Source of the DNA: Emiliania huxleyi CCMP1516
Lineage: Eukaryota
Reading direction: 5' to 3'
Assembly: GCF_000372725.1 (NCBI RefSeq)
Contig: NW_005201551.1
Span: forward strand, 218,520 to 282,519
Length of the DNA stretch: 64,000 bases
Below the pieces are notes generated by a model. The model was not told where the DNA came from and ran no database searches. It worked only from the letters and a program-made list of their open reading frames with translations. Every line of letters begins with the position of its first letter. Position 1 is the first letter of the stretch. Of the stretch, positions 1 to 17,543 are shown in pieces. Made by a program: the position numbers and the translations under genes.

Positions 1-289
1 GAAGGGAAGTGCGGGGTCCCCACGGGCGCCTCAGTTCGGCCCTCCCGAGGGGGGGAGGGGAGCAAGGGGGTGGGGGGATCGGGGTGGTGGGGAGGAGTCT
101 CGGGTTTCATGTGGCTAATACTTGCCCTTTCGGGGAATGGCCTCGGCCTGGCGAGTCCAGCTCAACCTGACTTCTTCCCCCCCTCCCTCGAGGCAGCAAG
201 TAGGCAGCGAGAGGAGGTCTCGAGCGCCTATATGAAGGTATGTGAGATGGTGATGGGAATGCGAGCCAAAAATCGGCGAGGAAGCGGCA

Positions 290-493
290 CCGGCGGCACT
301 CCGGCAGCTTGTCGTCGCCGGTGTCAGCTGAGGCGAACGTTGCGGCTGACTTCCCGTCGCAGCCCGGCGACTGCAGCTGGCGTGCCTGGATGAGCCGGTC
401 GACGGCATCGGCATGCGGCACCTTGAGCAAAGTGAGCTCCGCTTTGAGCGCCTTGACGCTCAGTCGTCCGGTGTCCAGCTCGGCGGCGCGCAT
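290..493 (-). CDS. possible coding fragment with SAP/LEM-like helix-extension-helix motif
   Basis: Reads MRAAELDTGRLSVKALKAELTLLKVPHADAVDRLIQAR, resembling the 'LsvkeLk..L...gv' HeH motif; gene limits unclear. Confidence 0.25.
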
Positions 494-629
494 GAGTGTT
501 GCCGCGTGAGACGCCGGACAGCGGCAGGAGCCAAACGAGAGCGCAGGGCGTGTCACGAAGGAACGCACGAAACTTCCAAGGTCGCAAAAAGTGGAACCCC
601 CCCCCCCCCCCCCCACCACCACACACCAC

Positions 630-670
630 GCGTCCGGGTCCCAGCGGGTTTTCACGTAACAAGTACACAC
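630..670 (+). repeat. 41-bp dispersed repeat, inverted copy at 23576-23616
   Basis: gcgtccgggtcccagcgggttttcacgtaacaagtacacac is the exact reverse complement of 23576-23616. Confidence 0.85.
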
Positions 671-873
671 CACGTACTCTAGGACGTGTCACGTACGGCT
701 TTAGGACGCACGCAACTTGACCCCCGCAAGGCGCGCGATACACACGTGGTGGTGTGGACCGTCCCTTCGAGACCATACGCCATACCCGTCACGACACCAT
801 ACCCCTCAAAAAGTTGGAAGCTGAAGCTCGCGCCGCAACGTAGAGCTAGACCTGCTAGAGGGCGCGGTGCGTC

Positions 874-1089
874 CTAAAATCTAAAATCCGAGGATTAAGG
901 ATTCAGGCATCGCTTCAGTGAGGCCAAAGTGAGTGTATGGATGTGTGAGAACGGTACGGGACACGAGCGGGAGGCACGCGGACCAACTCGTCGGTGACTC
1001 TGCTGCAGGCCACGCCGTTTCAGAATTTTTCTCAGCGTGAGCGAGACGTGGAAGAGTGCCACCGTCGGGTAGGACGGGTCGGCCCGGAG
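874..1089 (+). mobile_element. truncated copy of the left part of the MITE at 15165-15711
   Basis: ctaaaatc...gaggat...catcgcttcagtgaggccaaagtgag...gggtcggcccggag matches about 15186-15385. Confidence 0.7.
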
Positions 1090-1223
1090 TATCAGAGTAG
1101 CCGATGTGAGGCTACCAACCGCACTCCAAGGACCAAGTGCTCCATCCAGAACATAGACGGCACGAGTACTGACTACGACGGTTCCTGAATTCCCCGGCGC
1201 CCCTCCCCGCCCGGCGCCCCCCC

Positions 1224-6783
<5,560 letters not shown>

Positions 6784-7135
6784 NNNNNNNNNNNNNNNNN
6801 NNNNNNNNNNNNNNNNNNNNNNNNNNNNNNNNNNNNNNNNNNNNNNNNNNNNNNNNNNNNNNNNNNNNNNNNNNNNNNNNNNNNNNNNNNNNNNNNNNNN
6901 NNNNNNNNNNNNNNNNNNNNNNNNNNNNNNNNNNNNNNNNNNNNNNNNNNNNNNNNNNNNNNNNNNNNNNNNNNNNNNNNNNNNNNNNNNNNNNNNNNNN
7001 NNNNNNNNNNNNNNNNNNNNNNNNNNNNNNNNNNNNNNNNNNNNNNNNNNNNNNNNNNNNNNNNNNNNNNNNNNNNNNNNNNNNNNNNNNNNNNNNNNNN
7101 TTTGGCTTCTCTCTGGCGCTCCCCTCCTGGCCGGC

Positions 7136-7375
7136 GTGTATACGCCGACATGGAGCCTCTGTGAGGTGGAACGAACCCCGACCTTCAAACCCTCGAGCCC
7201 GCCGAGACGATCTACCTCGGCACGCGGCCCGTGGATGCTTTGCACAAAGCTGTACCCCCCCCTGTGGTGGATGCGCTGCGACTGGCTCGACGCACCACGC
7301 TCGCCCGAACCGGGTGTCAGCGTTACCGCTTACGATCTCGATGACCGCTACAAAAGGTTCGACGCCGCCGCCGCA

Positions 7376-7406
<31 letters not shown>

Positions 7407-8014
7407 CGGCTCGTCTCGTCTTGTCGCAGTCGCACACGCGCGCGCCCGCGTCGCTCCGCGATCGCGAAGCCGAGTTCGAACCATGGACTGCAGAGCTGGT
7501 GAGCTCAGCCAAAACAGCTCCGAGCAACATCTCCTACGCCATGCTGACCCGGCGGGTCATATGGGTCAAGCCCGATGGGCAGCGCGCCCAAGACACTCTT
7601 GCGTTTGCAAGTTTCCGAGATCAATATGGAGATCTCCGGAGCACAACCGACGAGACGGATCTCCGCCTCCCAGGTTTTGCTACCAATTTCTTTTCTTTGC
7701 CCACGTCCAATGAATCATTCAGTCAGGCGCAAGGTGCGTCCAAGCTTGACTGTTTGACCAACGACTTGGTGCAAAACTGGTCCCCGGAAACTGCGATTAC
7801 GTCCTCGTCGCCCGCTACCGTACGGCACGTGCTGGGCGTCCCTCTACCGGCGCTCATACTCGTGCACGCCACGACTGCGATGCCAACCACCCACTGCGCC
7901 AACGGCAGAGGGCGCCCTCACAAAGCTGTGCGATGCGTCCAATGCCGTCGCCTCTTTCCGTACTGCATCGTGTGCGATGCTCCTCTATACGGCGAGGTGT
8001 GCACACCCGTATAA
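7136..8014 (+). CDS. hypothetical ORF with Cys-rich C-terminus (CVQC...CIVC)
   Basis: 292-aa intronless ORF of ordinary complexity ending in two CxxC pairs; no family recognised. Confidence 0.3.
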
Positions 8015-8706
8015 ACCTCGGTTCGACCTCGCGGTGCGAACACGTAGCATGCAGAAGCATGTGCAATCGCAGCTTGTCCCGCATGTCGTCGCACCATCCC
8101 ATCGCCGTGTACACCGTCGTCCACAATTGAACCGCGTTGCGAAGGCGCTGACAAGTCAGCTCCTCCCTACGAGACATCGGCCTCGGCCCGAGAATCACCG
8201 TCACGGCGCTTCGACGTCTCGCCCTTCTCCGACGACTCGTCGTGGACGACGCGGCCGTGCCTCGACCGGCTACACCCACAGCTCCATCCTCGTCACCTCG
8301 CTCGCGACGCTCCCTCTCCACCAACGGCCTCAATGTGGTGCTCAGATTCGAATGCAACTGGTCACGCTCGACCGGCTCGCTGATCACCGGCAGGAAGGCG
8401 ACCGACTGCGGCGCCTCGCCGGCCGCGTCGCTCCCGCCGGCGCCGTCCGTGTCTCGAACCACAACGGACTGCGCGCTCCGCTTTTCGAACCACCAAAACT
8501 CGCGGCACCCAGGTGCAGGTGCAGGTGCAGGTGCAACAAGTTTGCGCCCGGCCCTCTAGCGCCGCGCGCTGGCCCCGGCTGCGTCCCCGCGCGGCCTGCC
8601 CGACGGCGTGGCGCCCGCCCTCCACCCACCTCCCCGCGCGGGGCCGCTCCGGGGCGACCCGGGCGCCCTCCGACCAAACTGCTCTATTACTATCATATAA
8701 AAGTAA

Positions 8707-8903
8707 ACACGGGTCTCCGAGGGTTAGTTCTGCGCTTTGGGTGACCCCAGCGGCGGAATTTTTCCCTCGCGCTGTGGGTCCCCCTAGCTGCGGAACGCCC
8801 CCTCTACTCGGAGCTAGTGGACACGACACTAACTACTGATACGAGAATACATACCGCCCCCACGCAACTACTCGAAGATAATACGAGAATACGCAGCTGC
8901 GAG
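8707..8903 (+). repeat. dispersed repeat, second copy at ~22797-22941
   Basis: acacgggtctccgagggttagttctgcgct...ccctagctgcggaacgccccctctactcggagctagtg...tactcgaagataatacgagaatacgcagctgcga is shared. Confidence 0.85.
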
Positions 8904-9299
8904 ACGCCTATAAAGAAACAGCGAGGTAAAGTTCGGCGGCTATGCTAAACCGAAAGTTGTCGTAAAACGCGGGCGAAAGCAAAGCAGAGGGCGGGCGCTT
9001 TCTGCCGCAGCGATGCCCGCAGCCTGTCGAGCAGCTTCCGCGGCGCACATGCGCCGCGGGGTTGAACGACAGCCGCGCCTCTCGAGCCACCNNNNNNNNN
9101 NNNNNNNNNNNNNNNNNNNNNNNNNNNNNNNNNNNNNNNNNNNNNNNNNNNNNNNNNNNNNNNNNNNNNNNNNNNNNNNNNNNNNNNNNNNGGGAAGAGG
9201 TCGGGGCGGGAAGAGGTAGGGGTGGGAAGAGGTCGGGGTGGGAAGAGGTCGGGGAATCTCGGAGAATCTCGGAGAATCTCGGAGAATCTCGCGCCCACG

Positions 9300-10028
9300 G
9301 GACGACGGCGGGCGGCGGCGGCGGCAGCCCCTCGGCTGCAGCGGCGTCTGGCGGCGCATCGCCCTTCAGGCTGACCTCTTCCCAATACGCCTCGACGCTG
9401 CCTCCTCTCCGCAGCAGCAGCAGCCCCTGCAGCAGCCCTCCAGCGGTCAGCCGCGATCTCCCCAGATCTCAGCCGCGATCTCCCCAGATCAGCCGCGATC
9501 TCCCCAGATCTCGAAGCGACTGCACGAGACCGCCCCGAGCTCGCCCGAGATTCCTCGAGATCGGACCGAGATTGGACCGAGATTCCTCGAGATTGGGCCG
9601 AGATTGGACCTGCAGCAGCGCCTGCCCTCTCCGCACCGCCGCCGGCGTGCCAGTCAGGTGTAGGAGGCGGCGCCCTGTTCACAGCCGAGGGGGGGGGGGG
9701 GGGGGTTGACCCGGAAGGGGGAGCAGGGGCGGGGGGGGATTTTTGAAGGACTTCCTCGAAACCCGGGGAAACCCGGGGAATCTCGGGAAAAATCCCTCCC
9801 CAAAGTTGTCCTCGTCCCGGGGGATTTCCCCGTCACAGCCCCTCCTGCCCTTTTTACTCAAAAGAAACCCCCCCCAATCCCGGCCTTTTTTTGCCGCATT
9901 TCCCAAGGCGGGGGCCCTCCTCTGGGGCAAGGGGGAAAAGTTGGCCCCCCTTGGCCCGATGACCTTGCCGATGGCGCTCGGCGGCACAAGCACGGCATGC
10001 CTCACTATCGTGGGACACGCCCCGCCGC

Positions 10029-10087
<59 letters not shown>

Positions 10088-12181
10088 GCCTCCTCCTCCG
10101 CCACCGCCGCATCCGCCTCTACCGCCGCCGCCGCTCCCTCCTCCGCCTCCGCCGCCTGCTCCGCCGCCGCCTTCTCCTCCTCCGCCGCAGGAAGCTTCGC
10201 GGAAACTTCGCTGCCCGCCGCAGGAAGCTTCGCGGAAGGTTCGCCGCCCGCCGCAGGAAGCTTCGCGGAAGCTTCGCTGCCCGCCGCAGGAAGCTTCGCG
10301 GAAGCTTCGCTGCCCGCCGCAGGAAGCTTCGCGGAAGCTTCGCCGCGCAGCAGGGCGAGCGCGGTGGCGCCTGAAACGGGGAGATATGGGGAGATATGGG
10401 GAGATATGGGGAGATATGGGGAGATATGGCGCCTGAAACGGGGAATTGGTGATGGTATCAATTCTCAAGTGTTCGTCCCCCGATTGCCCGCCTCGCTATG
10501 CTGCGCTCTCAAAAGTATGACAACTGAAGTGTCTCGTGGATCGTCTCTGAAGCATCTCGGAACGGTCTCGGAACGGTCTCGGAACGGTCTCGGAACGGTC
10601 TCGGAACGGCCCCTCACCTTGCTCCTCGATGCTGCCGCAATGCGGCAGCTCAAGCATCGCATTCGCGCGCCTAAAAAAGGAGTCCTCCCTCGGTTTTCTT
10701 TTGCTCGTAGTGCGGCAGCTCAAGCATCGCATTCGCGCGCCTAAAAAAGGAGTCCTCCCTCGGTTTTCTTTTGCTCGTAGTGCGGCAGCTCAAGCATCGC
10801 AGTCGCGCGCCTAAAAAAGGAGTCCTCCCTCGGTTTTCTTTTGCTCGTAGTGCGGCAGCTCAAGCATCGCAGTCGCGCGCCTAAAAAAGGAGTCCCCCCT
10901 CGGTTTTCTTTTGCTCGTAGTGCGGCAGCTCAAGCATCGCATTCGCGCGCCTAAAAAAGGGAGTCCCCCCTCGGTTTTCTTTTGCTCGTAGTGCGGCAGC
11001 TCCAGCATCGCAGTCGCGCGCCTAAAAAAGGAGTCCTCCCTCGGTTTTCTTTTGCTCGTAGTGCGGCAGCTCAAGCATCGCAGTCGCGCGCCTAAAAAAG
11101 GAGTCCTCCCTCGGTTTTCTTTTGCTCGTAGTGCGGCCAGCTCAAGCATCACATTCGCACGCCTGTTACCAACGAACACACGCACACTCCTCCACCGACA
11201 ACGAGGACCGCTCCAGCATCGTGTCCGCTCGCCAGACGAGCTCCTGGTCACAGCACAACGTGTGAACGGCGTCCTCTTCACACCTCGAGCCGTCCGCTCG
11301 CCAGACAAGCTCCTTCTCGTCCACGGGCGGCGCGGCCCAACTGCTGACGCCTAAAAAAGAAAAACAACGGGATATTTTTCCTCGTCGGCAGGGAGGCGCG
11401 GGAAGGCTAGCTGCTGGCGCCTAAAAAGAAATACAAAGTCGCGCATTTCTTCTTCTCGTTGGCAGGAGGCGCGGGAAGGCTAGCTGCAGGCGCCTGCAGG
11501 CGGCGGAGGAGCTGCTCCAAAGGTGTGTCTCTTGCGGGCGCTTGTGGATTGGGGGAGGGCGGTGTGGGTGCAGCTGCAGGGAGCAGCGCGTGAGGGCGGT
11601 GGCGGCACCCTTGGCGGCACATCCTAGGCGGCACCCTAGGCAGCTGCGGTGGCGGGAGTGAGGGGCGCGGCGAGGGCGGGCGGTGGTCGGGGAGAGGCAG
11701 TAGGCGGTGGAGCGTTCGTCGTTTGAGATCGGGGTGGGTGGCGTCACGGAAGGAACTCGGCGGAGACGGGGAGAGCGGCAGTGCAGCGGTGGCGGTGGCA
11801 GTGGCATAGTGTGGACCGGAACGGGGCGGCTAATGGCCATTGGAGTGCCACGGCCACGCTCCTCTGACGTCCGACCATACGGTGCGATGCGAGTGTGGTG
11901 GGAGGAGAGGAGGGGCGGACGGGGTGCGCTGGAAGCGGAGGAGTCAGGCGGCAGGCGGCCGCTGCGGGAGTGTGCGCACCGGCCGCGCGCTCGAGCGCCT
12001 CCAGCTGCTCGTTGAGGGCGGCCTGCCAGGTGTCCGCGTCGAAGGCCGAGGAACGCTGTGCCGTCGCGCAGGCGGGTGCGGCTGCGGCTCGCCCGCCGCC
12101 GCGCCGCCGGCCTGGTTTGCCTCGCGGCGAGGCCATGGCTCTCGGACTCTGGCGAGTACCTAGGTACAGCCACGCCTGCAT
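9300..12181 (-). CDS. putative multi-exon gene containing a KH-domain motif
   Basis: IVRHAVLVPPSAIGKVIGPRGAN (~10010-9940) fits the KH 'IGxxG' loop; preceded by 30-bp SEASAKLPAAG-type repeats; other exons and limits uncertain. Confidence 0.4.
10641..11160. repeat. 70-bp tandem array, ~7 copies
   Basis: caagcatcgc recurs at 10651, 10721, 10791, 10861, 10931 and on; each unit has a minus-strand tttttag acceptor-like motif. Confidence 0.95.
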
Positions 12182-12627
12182 TCACAGCACAAGCCCTCGC
12201 CGGCGGCTCGAGCATGCGCAGCGAAAAGCAAGTGAGGCGTGGTCTGTACTCGCCAGGCTCGGACTACTAACGCGCGCTGGAAAAAGAATTCTACAACCGC
12301 CGTTACCGCCGTGCCGCCGTACCGCCCACGCCGCCGCCGCCCTCCACCCCCTCCACACCGCCGCCACCGCTGCTCACGCCGCCGCCGCCCTCCACCTTGC
12401 CCACGCCGCCGCTACCCTCCACCTTCTTCCCACCGCCGCCGCCGCCGCCCACGCCTCCGCCGCCTTCCATCTCGCCCACGCCTCCTCCGCCCTCCACCTC
12501 TCCCATGCCGCCCCCCGGCCCTACAGCCCCCCCCCCCCACGATTTCTTTTCCTTGTTCTTTTCGGTTCTTGTTTTTAACACCTCTGAATTCTTTTTTCGC
12601 TGGAAGTCGACTTGGAGGTGTGGCAAG

Positions 12628-12801
12628 AAAGAAAGAAAGAAAACACACAACCCAAGGGAGGGATGGGAGAACGGCACGCCGCCACCACACAGGGATTTTA
12701 AGGAGAGGAGGGTGTGATGCGCTAGCCGTCGCCCACCCTGGGGAGTCTGCCTCTTCGTATCTCTTTTCGCAGTCTCTCGCCGCTTCTCGCTGCAACCTTC
12801 A
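12628..12801 (-). mobile_element. non-LTR retroelement 3' end, (CTTT)n-tail family
   Basis: Reverse complement of 53249-53417, which carries a target-site duplication; partial copy at ~24277-24330. Confidence 0.7.
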
Positions 12802-13037
12802 TGCCACCTCGCGGCCGTCCCACTCGCTGGATCTTTCGGTTCTTCCTCTTTCTTTTTTTGAGCCGGTGTGTGTGCCAGTCCGCGCCAGTCCGCGCCCTTG
12901 TCGTAGGTAGGTGCCAGTGTGCACGTTGCACAATTCTTTTTTTTAAAGTCGATCGCCTTACATTCAGATTTTCGGACGCAGATTCGGACACAAAACACAG
13001 CAAAGTGCTCAAAGTCGATGAAAGGCAGGCGAAAGCG

Positions 13038-14326
13038 ATGGGCTGCGGCACGAGCAAGCCGGGCCTGTTTTACGAGGAGAAGCTGAAGCAGTGGCGCAAG
13101 CGCGGCGGCGGCGACCTGGAGCCGGTCCTCGCGAGCGGCGCCGTCGCCCTCCTCGACGCGCAGTGGATCATCCGCCACGCCGAGGCGGGCGGTGTCCTCA
13201 CTCACCGCCAGGCGCTGCCCGAAGAGGCCTTCCTCTCTTTCGCCGACCTCGTCGAGGCGACCACGGGTGCTGGTGGGCTTCCCGTCGCCGCGCTCTCCTA
13301 CCCGTGGCTGACCAAGGACCACCCCGACCCGCGCGGAGCCAACCTCTCCCGCGTCGCGAGGGCGCTCAAGGCCCTGCTCACTAACAATGACGGCAGAATC
13401 ACGCGGCTCGGCGTGTTTTGGGACTTCGGCTCGCTGCACCAGCACCCCGACCCCCCCAACGGCGTCCTGCGCACCGAGGAGCAGAACGCGCTCTTCAAGC
13501 AGGGGCTGAGCTGCCTCGGCACGCTCTACTCCCACCAGCACTTGTTCGTGCTGCGGCTGACCTCCTTCCCGGACGGCCACAAGGCGGAGGACCAGCCCGA
13601 GGGCACCAACGTGGCCAAGTACGTTGACCGCGGCTGGTGCTTCACCGAGCAGTGCTGGGCTGGCTTGACAAAGGCTGGCGCCCTCTCGCTCGACCTCGGC
13701 TTGATGTGCGCCGGCAAGGAGTACGACGCCCGCAGCCTCCGAGACGACTGCACCCAGGACGGCAGCCGGCGCCCTCCGCTGCTGCCGTCTGCGTTCGCGG
13801 CGGAGCTGGAGTCGAAGAGCTTCACCAACGGCAAGGACGACAAGCCGCTGGTGAAGCGGCTGTACGAGGCCGCGTTCAAGGAGCAGTTTGGCAAGGCGAC
13901 CGTGCTGTGGTACAGCGGCCTCGGCTGGGGCGACGCGGAGGCGGCGCAGCTGGCGGAGGTCCTCGCGAGCGGGGCAGCGCCGCGGCTCGAGAAGCTCGGT
14001 CTCGGCGGCAACAAGATTGGCGACGAGGGCTGCAAGGCGCTGGCCGCCGCCCTCAAGGAGGGGGCAGCGCCGCGGCTCGAGGAGCTCTATCTCTTCTGCA
14101 ACGAGATTGGCGACGAGGGCTGCAAGGCGCTGGCCGCCGCCCTCAAGGAGGGGGCCGCCCCGAGCTTGAAGGCGCGAGACGCCACCCCTCGCCACACGCC
14201 CCTCCCCCACCCAATGCTGATCGCACCTCCCCTCGCGTGCAGGAGCTCCGCGTGGACAACAAGAACAGGGAGCAGCCTGAGCTGGTGGCCGTGTGCGAGG
14301 AGCGCGGCATCTACCTCAGCCGCTGA
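13038..14326 (+). CDS. HET/TIR-like domain plus LRR protein, copy 1 (exons 13038-14171, 14243-14326; 405 aa)
   Basis: Starts MGCGTSK; HET-like motifs ALSYPW, VFWDFGSLHQ, LGTLYSH, YVDRGWCFTE; LRRs LxxLxLxxNxIGDEGCKALAAAL x2; phase-0 71-bp GC-AG intron conserved in all copies. Confidence 0.85.
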
Positions 14327-14890
14327 GCTCTCCAGCCCCGGCCGGGCGGCGAGGGCGCGGGGCCCGGCGGGACCGCCGCGCGAGCTCGGCAGAGAGCGAC
14401 AGACCCTGCTGCTGCGGAGCACGACGTACAGGGGCGGTGCCGGGCGCGCGCGGCTGCGGGTTTGGTGGGCGGGCGGGCGGGTGGGTGTTGTGAGGAGGAG
14501 GAGGAGGAGAGGGGGGGGGGGGGGGGGGGGTTTAGCCCCCAAGGTGGAGGGGGGGGGGGGGGAAAGGAAAAGGGGGAAGGGAGGGGGGTTGGCATGGCGG
14601 GGGAGCGGTGCAGCTGCTGCTCAGAGGGGGGGAGAGAGGGCGGTTGCAGCCTGACGCAGGAGCGGAGCGGTGCCGGTGGAGGGAGCGGTGTCCAGAGTCC
14701 AGTTCGCGTAATTTAGTCCTGGAGACCGGCGCGCCGCGGCATCTCATTTTGCGTTACGACATACGAGCTTGCAAGTGTGGTGTGTGCGTCGCCTGCTGTG
14801 GATCTGGATGTGGTTTGGACTTTGGTTGTTGAGCTTTTTTATACCTGAATCGGGGATTGCTGTCTTCTTCCAGCGCCTTCGATGATTGTT

Positions 14891-15137
14891 ATGAAACAAA
14901 CGCAAGGCGGACACAAGCACATCGCTCTCTCGGTCCCACAGAGCATCCCGCACAGGCCCGCACACCCGCCGCACACCCGCCGCCCGCCGCCCCCGCGCGC
15001 GCCGGGAGAGACGGGAGTGACAGTTTGGGACGGCGACAGACGAGATACCTCGCACTCCCCATGTGCGAGAACGCAGAGAGAAAATGAAAGCGCCGTCCGG
15101 CCCCCAAGTCCGGCTCCGCCCCGAGCTGACCGATCTA
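14891..15137 (+). repeat. dispersed ~250-bp repeat (also ~58824-59057; split halves at ~40833-40990 and ~46063-46170)
   Basis: Shared gaaacaacgcaaggcggaca...gggagtgacagtttggga...caagtccggctc blocks. Confidence 0.8.
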
Positions 15138-15164
15138 AAGACTTGGTCTTGGAGCACTTGGATA

Positions 15165-15711
15165 GGGGGTGCACAGCGTCCCAATCTAAAATCTGAGGAT
15201 TCAGGATTGAGGCATCGCTTCAGTGAGGCCAAAGTGAGTTTATGGATGTGTGAGAACGGTACGGGACACGAGGAGTCACGCGGACCGACTCGTCGGCGAC
15301 TCTGCTGCACGCCGTTTCAGATTTTTCTCAGCGTGAGCGAGACGTGGAAGAGTGCCACCGTCGGGTAGGACGGGTCGGCCCGGAGCATCTGAGTAGCCGT
15401 CGTGGTCGCGGCGAGCAGCGCCGGCCACTCCGGCGCCGCGTCGGCAACATGGGAGCATGTCCACCGCCACATCGCGGTCGCAGCGCTGTTTGTCGACCAA
15501 ACGCCGCTATGTACCTTTTCGGGCAAACCATCGATCTGTATGTCGATTTCGACTTGACGGCGGCATGGAGGCATCATGTCTCCATGCCGCCGTCAAGTTG
15601 GAGCCAGTCAGCGGCGACCACAGCGCTCAGAAAGGTACATAGCGAGCTATTCAGAGTCAAGCGATTGCGCGAAATCCCACACTGGTGGATTTTGGGGCGC
15701 TGTGCACCCCC
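15165..15711. mobile_element. MITE-like element with GGGGGTGCACAGCG terminal inverted repeats
   Basis: Left gggggtgcacagcgtcccaa; right ttggggcgctgtgcaccccc; no clear target-site duplication. Confidence 0.7.
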
Positions 15712-15843
15712 TTGAGCACTTGAGCACTGGATAGGGCCGATTCCGCGTGGTACGGGACCCCTCGATCGTCTCGCCCTCCCTCACTGGTGTGTTCATTGGG
15801 GGGGGTCATAACAAACACGGTACAGGATCGAGGTGCACGCTGC
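15712..15843 (+). repeat. dispersed repeat (element end?), copy at 36763-36892
   Basis: ttgagcact...tagggycgattccgc...gttcattggggggggtcataacaaacacggtaca...ggatcgaggtgcacgctg in both; the start is also inverted at ~56577-56606. Confidence 0.8.
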
Positions 15844-16442
15844 CGAAGCAGTGTCTCCCCCCTCTCCCCAACGGCGATGGCGGTNNNNNNNNNNNNNNNN
15901 NNNNNNNNNNNNNNNNNNNNNNNNNNNNNNNNNNNNNNNNNNNNNNNNNNNNNNNNNNNNNNNNNNNNNNNNNNNNNNNNNNNNACTATCGACCCGACTG
16001 ATTGGCAGCATCAAAGCCGACCCCATGACGGTCCTTCAGCCCCACGAGGTAGGCAGTTGCGCCCTGATCTCGGTCCAAGACGGCCAACGCCGTGTCCGGC
16101 ACCTGCTGACTGCTTCACGGGGATGCCCCCCCCGGACACATGCTGCAGCCCCGAGTGGATGTATTGGTCGTTTGTGGGTCCCCCAAGACTACTCTAGTAG
16201 GGGCCGGGCGCTTGAGCGTCGGCGGTACACCTGTGCAGATGTTGCACGGGTGAAATGGCTCCTCGTACAGGGTAGGAGGCAGGTGGTGGGTTTGAGTGTC
16301 GTGAGTGCTTGCAGCCGCGAGTGCAGCACCGTTTGTGACTCCCATGGATGCAGTTGGGTGGGGCACGGTGCTGGGGGGCGGTCCGGTGCGCCACAACAGC
16401 CTCCCTGGCTGACCCCCATCCAGTTCGGCACCTCCATCCTTA

Positions 16443-17478
16443 GGGTGCCCACAGGACCCAAAAGAAAATAGCTTTCCGGCTCAAAAAGGGACGCACGAGG
16501 CAAATCTGATGTTGGATTGTTCCAATAGGAGCGAGGCCTCTTCCGTTGGGGGACCGAGTACATAGGAAACGAGGGTTCCCCGGTTTGTCACGCGCGAGCA
16601 CGAGCGTGACACTGCACGTGGCGCCGAGCGCCCGCGGCACAGACCTTGTGCAAGCCGACCCTCGGTGACCACGCCGGTCCGGACCGATGGCGCTCGGTGT
16701 GGAGCAAGCAAGACCCCCCCCCCCCCCCCCTCGGCGCGCGCTCGCCATTCCAACGGCCGCCAGGAGCACCAAGAGGACTCCTCATGGCTGTGGTCAAGTG
16801 GGCTTCGACCGGCCTCGACTGGGGGGGCGGGTTGTCCCGGCTGCGGACACCTTCTGCAGCCCCCTGGGCCCGTGACAGCACCCCAAAACTGCCCCTCGGC
16901 GGCATACAGCACTGCCAGCCAGCCTCTTCCTCCTCCTAAGGGCTGTACTATAGGCCATATTGCGCCGCCTCCTACTGGCAGCCGGGCGGGCGCGCGCCGC
17001 GGGCGCCTCGGCGCGCGCACGGCTCGCAAAGTTCGAACGAGTACTGCCGCCCGGCCGCCTCAAGGCTGCCGGGCGGCAGTACTCGCCTCGCAAGGCGCGC
17101 ACCGGCTGCTCTGGCTGCTGCGCCGGCGGCCGCTGCGCTGGCCGCTGCTGCGCTGGCTGGCGAGCGGTACGGCCGCCGGCGGCCGCTGCACCCGCGCCTT
17201 CCCTCGCGGGCGCCGTCGCGCCGCGCGCGCCCAACTCTGCTGGCACACGGCACGCGTCGTCACACAGCCGCGGAGAACAGGCGGTGCTGTGCGCGAAGCG
17301 CGCGCGATCTCGTACTTTTAAGGCTGGATCCGGCCATTCCAAGGGTATACCTTTGAGAATCCCCAGCGTCCCGCCCTCCTAGTCACACTCTCAATATCTC
17401 GACTATCCAACATGAAGTGCTGCGATCGGGAGTGCCCCATTTCTTTTTTCCTTTCTTTTTTTGGTCCTGTGGGCACCC
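16443..17478 (+). mobile_element. ~1.04-kb non-autonomous TIR element, copy 1
   Basis: TIR gggtgcccacaggacc / ggtcctgtgggcaccc with TA on both flanks; near-identical inverted copy at 57724-58759. Confidence 0.9.
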
Positions 17479-17543
17479 TAGAGTGGGACTCTGTGGGCCA
17501 GCGTGGAGTGTGTGGCCTGGCTTTGGTGGTGCAGATGCTGCTG

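Noticed and set aside
12303..14210. Long antisense ORFs (635, 503 and 503 aa) over the HET-LRR genes
   Set aside because: Shadow ORFs caused by GC3-rich codon usage on the opposite strand
12801..14654. 617-aa ORF as the true protein
   Set aside because: Paralogue comparison places the start at MGC (13038) and a conserved GC-AG intron changes the C-terminus
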